Position numbers and translations under genes: made by a program. From assembly GCA_902604355.1 (NCBI GenBank), contig CACKYN010000002.1:13630-77629 (forward strand): a stretch of 64,000 bases of DNA, in the 5' to 3' direction. Source of the DNA: an uncultured Pelagibacteraceae bacterium (GTDB taxonomy: Bacteria; Pseudomonadota; Alphaproteobacteria; Pelagibacterales; Pelagibacteraceae). Below are positions 61,648 through 64,000 of the stretch, piece after piece. The notes beneath the pieces were generated by a model. That model ran no database searches. It worked only from the letters and a program-made list of their open reading frames with translations, and was not told the origin of the DNA. The stretch's first letter is position 1. Each line of letters opens with the position of its first letter.

Positions 61648-62157
61648 ATGGGAGTTAAAAAAGACATAATAGATACACCATTAAAAATTACAGAAATTTT
61701 TAGAGTAGGTCCTAGAGTAAAAGCACCTAGGGATAAAAGAGACTGGGACTTTCTTATTTATGAATTAAAGAAACTCAAAGTCACACCTGGGGAGGCTTAT
61801 AGAATTATTGCAGAAAAAAAAGATAAAACCTCTTCAGTTAGATACGACTGGAAGATGTTAAGACTGACAATGTATGTATGGGAAAGATTACACGAAAGTG
61901 AGAAATTATTTAATAGACCCAAAATAGATACAATTAGAGAGGTTGTTGGTCATAGAAAATTTAGACAATTCTTTTATGGTTTCTTTCCTGACCTGGAGTT
62001 AGACCACGAAAAAGAAGTAAAGCTACTCTATAAATTAATTACAGAAAAACCAAACTATCCATACCTGAAAGAAGGTTATTATTTCTACCCAGGAACGAAA
62101 AAGGTGATACCTCAAAAGGTCCTGGACAAGATATTGTTTGATACCCCCAAAAAGTAA
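61648..62157 (+). CDS. Hypothetical protein of the element (candidate regulator)
   Basis: 169-aa ORF with no recognised motif, flanked by palindromes. Confidence 0.7.
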   Translation: MGVKKDIIDTPLKITEIFRVGPRVKAPRDKRDWDFLIYELKKLKVTPGEAYRIIAEKKDKTSSVRYDWKMLRLTMYVWERLHESEKLFNRPKIDTIREVVGHRKFRQFFYGFFPDLELDHEKEVKLLYKLITEKPNYPYLKEGYYFYPGTKKVIPQKVLDKILFDTPKK

Positions 62158-62169
62158 AAAAAGGGATAA

Positions 62170-62205
62170 TTACCCCTTGAACTAATCCAGGGGGTAGTAT
62201 ATATA
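62170..62205 (+). promoter_or_regulatory. Palindromic operator-like site 2 overlapping a putative sigma70 promoter
   Basis: TTACCCC-N14-GGGGTAG (62170-62197) around TTGAAC (62177-82)-N17-TATATA (62200-05). Confidence 0.55.
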
Positions 62206-62233
62206 TTATCTATGAGACTTTTAGGTAATATAA

Positions 62234-62560
62234 ATGTTCAATTTTAACTATACGAAACCTTATTATTCGGAGGATGAGATATTAGAGTTATTTTCTCTAA
62301 CTAAATCATCACTACAAAGAATGCGTGAGGAATGCCTGAAGAGTGGAGGGGACCTATTTTTAGAGATGGGTTATTTCCACATTAAAGGAATTAAGACTGC
62401 AATGTATGAGCCAGTTAAATTTTCTGCTTGGTTATTTGAACATAGAGTAGAGCCTGAAAGTAAATATGACTACGAGATTAATGAGACTAACAAAGTCAAA
62501 GAAGGATTAATTAAGTTGTCACAATATAAACCAATAACAAAGAAATGGAGTACTAAATGA
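62234..62560 (+). CDS. AlpA/excisionase-like winged HTH protein
   Basis: YYSEDEILELFSLTKSSLQRMR...FHIKG...MYEPVKFSAWL pattern; position near int. Confidence 0.55.
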   Translation: MFNFNYTKPYYSEDEILELFSLTKSSLQRMREECLKSGGDLFLEMGYFHIKGIKTAMYEPVKFSAWLFEHRVEPESKYDYEINETNKVKEGLIKLSQYKPITKKWSTK

Positions 62561-62958
62561 CAAAAGACTGGCGAGATGATTTTGACTGGACTGACCCTGA
62601 TGATGTCCAATTAATGAGAGATATGTTGCCTGACCCTAAAGGTGACCAATCAAATGGCCTAGATACAAAAGAACTTGGTCCTGACAATAAAGAGGCTTGT
62701 AAGTTAATGGAAGCACAACAAAATCTATTACCTTATGAGAAGAAATATGAAGAGCCAATAGTTTCTGAACCTGGCGAATTCCAACAAATAGAAGGAGTGG
62801 GTAAAGATATTTATGGCAAATATTCTTATTCAGTTATGGAATACAAAGGCAAACAATATTTTGTCCAGGTGAGAGATTATGAAACTTACCAGGGTTATAA
62901 CGAAATTAACAATGGCAAAATACTTGTTGGTGAGGCTAGGAAAGAGAGGGTTCAATGA
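62557..62958 (+). CDS. Hypothetical acidic protein of the element
   Basis: ATGA-coupled ORF in the operon. Confidence 0.65.
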   Translation: MTKDWRDDFDWTDPDDVQLMRDMLPDPKGDQSNGLDTKELGPDNKEACKLMEAQQNLLPYEKKYEEPIVSEPGEFQQIEGVGKDIYGKYSYSVMEYKGKQYFVQVRDYETYQGYNEINNGKILVGEARKERVQ

Positions 62959-63524
62959 GTAAACCTTTAATCTTAACTACACCTAAAGGTAAAGCTGAAT
63001 GGCCACATTTAGTTGAACCTGATGTTGCTTTTAATCCTGAAGGTTTATTTCATACTAAATTGATATGTAAAAAATCTGAAAGTGTTGAAGTTAAAAAAGC
63101 TATTGATGACTTGATTGCACAAGAGATTAAAAAACAACACGACAAAGACCCTAAAAAAGAAATAAAAAAATCACTGCCTTACACTGAAGATGGTGATGAC
63201 ATTATTTTTAATTTCAAATTAAGAGCCAGTGGAACTAGAAAAAGTGATGGGAAACCTTTTACCCAGGAACCTAACATAGTTAATGCTGACCTTACTCCCT
63301 TTGACAAAAACCAAAAGATATGGAGTGAAAGTATTTTAAAAATTACTTTTGAGCCATACTCTTGGAATATGCCAGTAGGAATTGGATGTACTTTAAGAAT
63401 AAAAACTATCCAGGTCCTAGAGCTTGTCACTGGGAAAACATCTAACACTTTGGGTGACCTTAAAGTTGAAACCATGGTGGAACCTAAAGTTAAAGAACAA
63501 GAAGAGGCACATAATAATTACTAA
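62955..63524 (+). CDS. Single-stranded DNA-binding protein, T7 gp2.5-like
   Basis: TTPKG.A.WP.L..PD..FNP.G, IW..S..K..F.PY, G..LR...IQV.ELV; acidic tail ending in an aromatic residue. Confidence 0.8.
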   Translation: MSKPLILTTPKGKAEWPHLVEPDVAFNPEGLFHTKLICKKSESVEVKKAIDDLIAQEIKKQHDKDPKKEIKKSLPYTEDGDDIIFNFKLRASGTRKSDGKPFTQEPNIVNADLTPFDKNQKIWSESILKITFEPYSWNMPVGIGCTLRIKTIQVLELVTGKTSNTLGDLKVETMVEPKVKEQEEAHNNY

Positions 63525-63544
63525 AGGTAAAGGAGGTAAATTAT

Positions 63545-63916
63545 ATGCCAGTAAATAATGTAGACAAAAGAATGGAAGGTAAAGGGACTATGAAGGTCGC
63601 TGAAAAAGACCCTCTTACACATATTGATTTAGAGTTGATGGACAATATGAAGAGAGTTTTTGATGAGGCGAAGAAGGAAGGATTTAAAGGAACCTTCAAA
63701 GACTTTCTTGATACTCTTTCTGAAGAGGACCTAAAAACTTTATTCTTGGAAAAAGGAGGACTGGTTGCAAAAGTCAAAGAACCAAAAGCAGTAAAAAAAA
63801 TAAACATTGCTGAATACTTTGCACCAGGAAAAACAGTTTCCTCTCTCACTGATAACGAGAGAGCACAAATAAAAGCAATGCTAAATAAAATGTTGAAGGG
63901 AGTTAGTGCGAACTAA
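63545..63916 (+). CDS. Hypothetical protein of the element
   Basis: Strong AAGGAGGT RBS; 123-aa ORF. Confidence 0.7.
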   Translation: MPVNNVDKRMEGKGTMKVAEKDPLTHIDLELMDNMKRVFDEAKKEGFKGTFKDFLDTLSEEDLKTLFLEKGGLVAKVKEPKAVKKINIAEYFAPGKTVSSLTDNERAQIKAMLNKMLKGVSAN

Positions 63917-64000
63917 TGGCTTACAATATGAGTTTCTATAAGGGGAGGTATCCTGGTGAACCTGGTTATGAAGAATGGACTGGGTTTGAAGTACAAATGA
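63916..64000 (+). CDS. Partial ORF running off the window
   Basis: TAATG overlap; MAYNMSFYKGRYPGEPGYEEWTGFEVQM... with no stop. Confidence 0.55.
   Translation, partial: MAYNMSFYKGRYPGEPGYEEWTGFEVQM

Larger units (their letters stand above)
59757..64000 (+). mobile_element. tRNA-Leu-integrated element (phage satellite or prophage), left end
   Basis: Truncated tRNA, tyrosine integrase, AlpA/Xis-like gene, T7-type SSB, orphan ORFs, k-mer shift. Confidence 0.85.

Overview
AT-rich, gene-dense alphaproteobacterial chromosome segment. Very short intergenic spacers and the gene content point to SAR11/Pelagibacterales (inferred, not database-checked). Positions 1-59.7 kb are mostly core metabolism (rpoZ, dusA, nrdAB, prpBC, glmS, class II DAHP synthase, nadE, cysS, cimA, rpsD, purLQSCB, map, sfsA). 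Four accessory modules stand out: (i) a PrpF-family isomerase with a tripartite tricarboxylate transporter (TctC plus fused TctA-TctB); (ii) a cis-CaaD/Cg10062-type tautomerase with all six catalytic residues, directly upstream of an aldehyde dehydrogenase and DUF779; (iii) a CoA-transferase/TRAP/malonyl-CoA decarboxylase cluster, probably for malonate; (iv) a glucosylglycerate-type module combining synthase, phosphatase, ABC importer and GH63 hydrolase. At 59,757 tRNA-Leu(TAA) is cut just after the anticodon loop by an integrated element that runs off the window. The element has a long P4-type tyrosine integrase, an orphan gene bracketed by paired 28-bp palindromes, an AlpA/Xis-like gene and a T7 gp2.5-like SSB. 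It has no GATC sites and excess CCWGG, and looks more like a phage satellite than a canonical pelagiphage prophage. Also noted: a candidate ~88-nt sRNA, LexA and NrdR boxes upstream of nrdAB, and a half-length GlmU. All assignments are by eye from sequence motifs; no searches were run.
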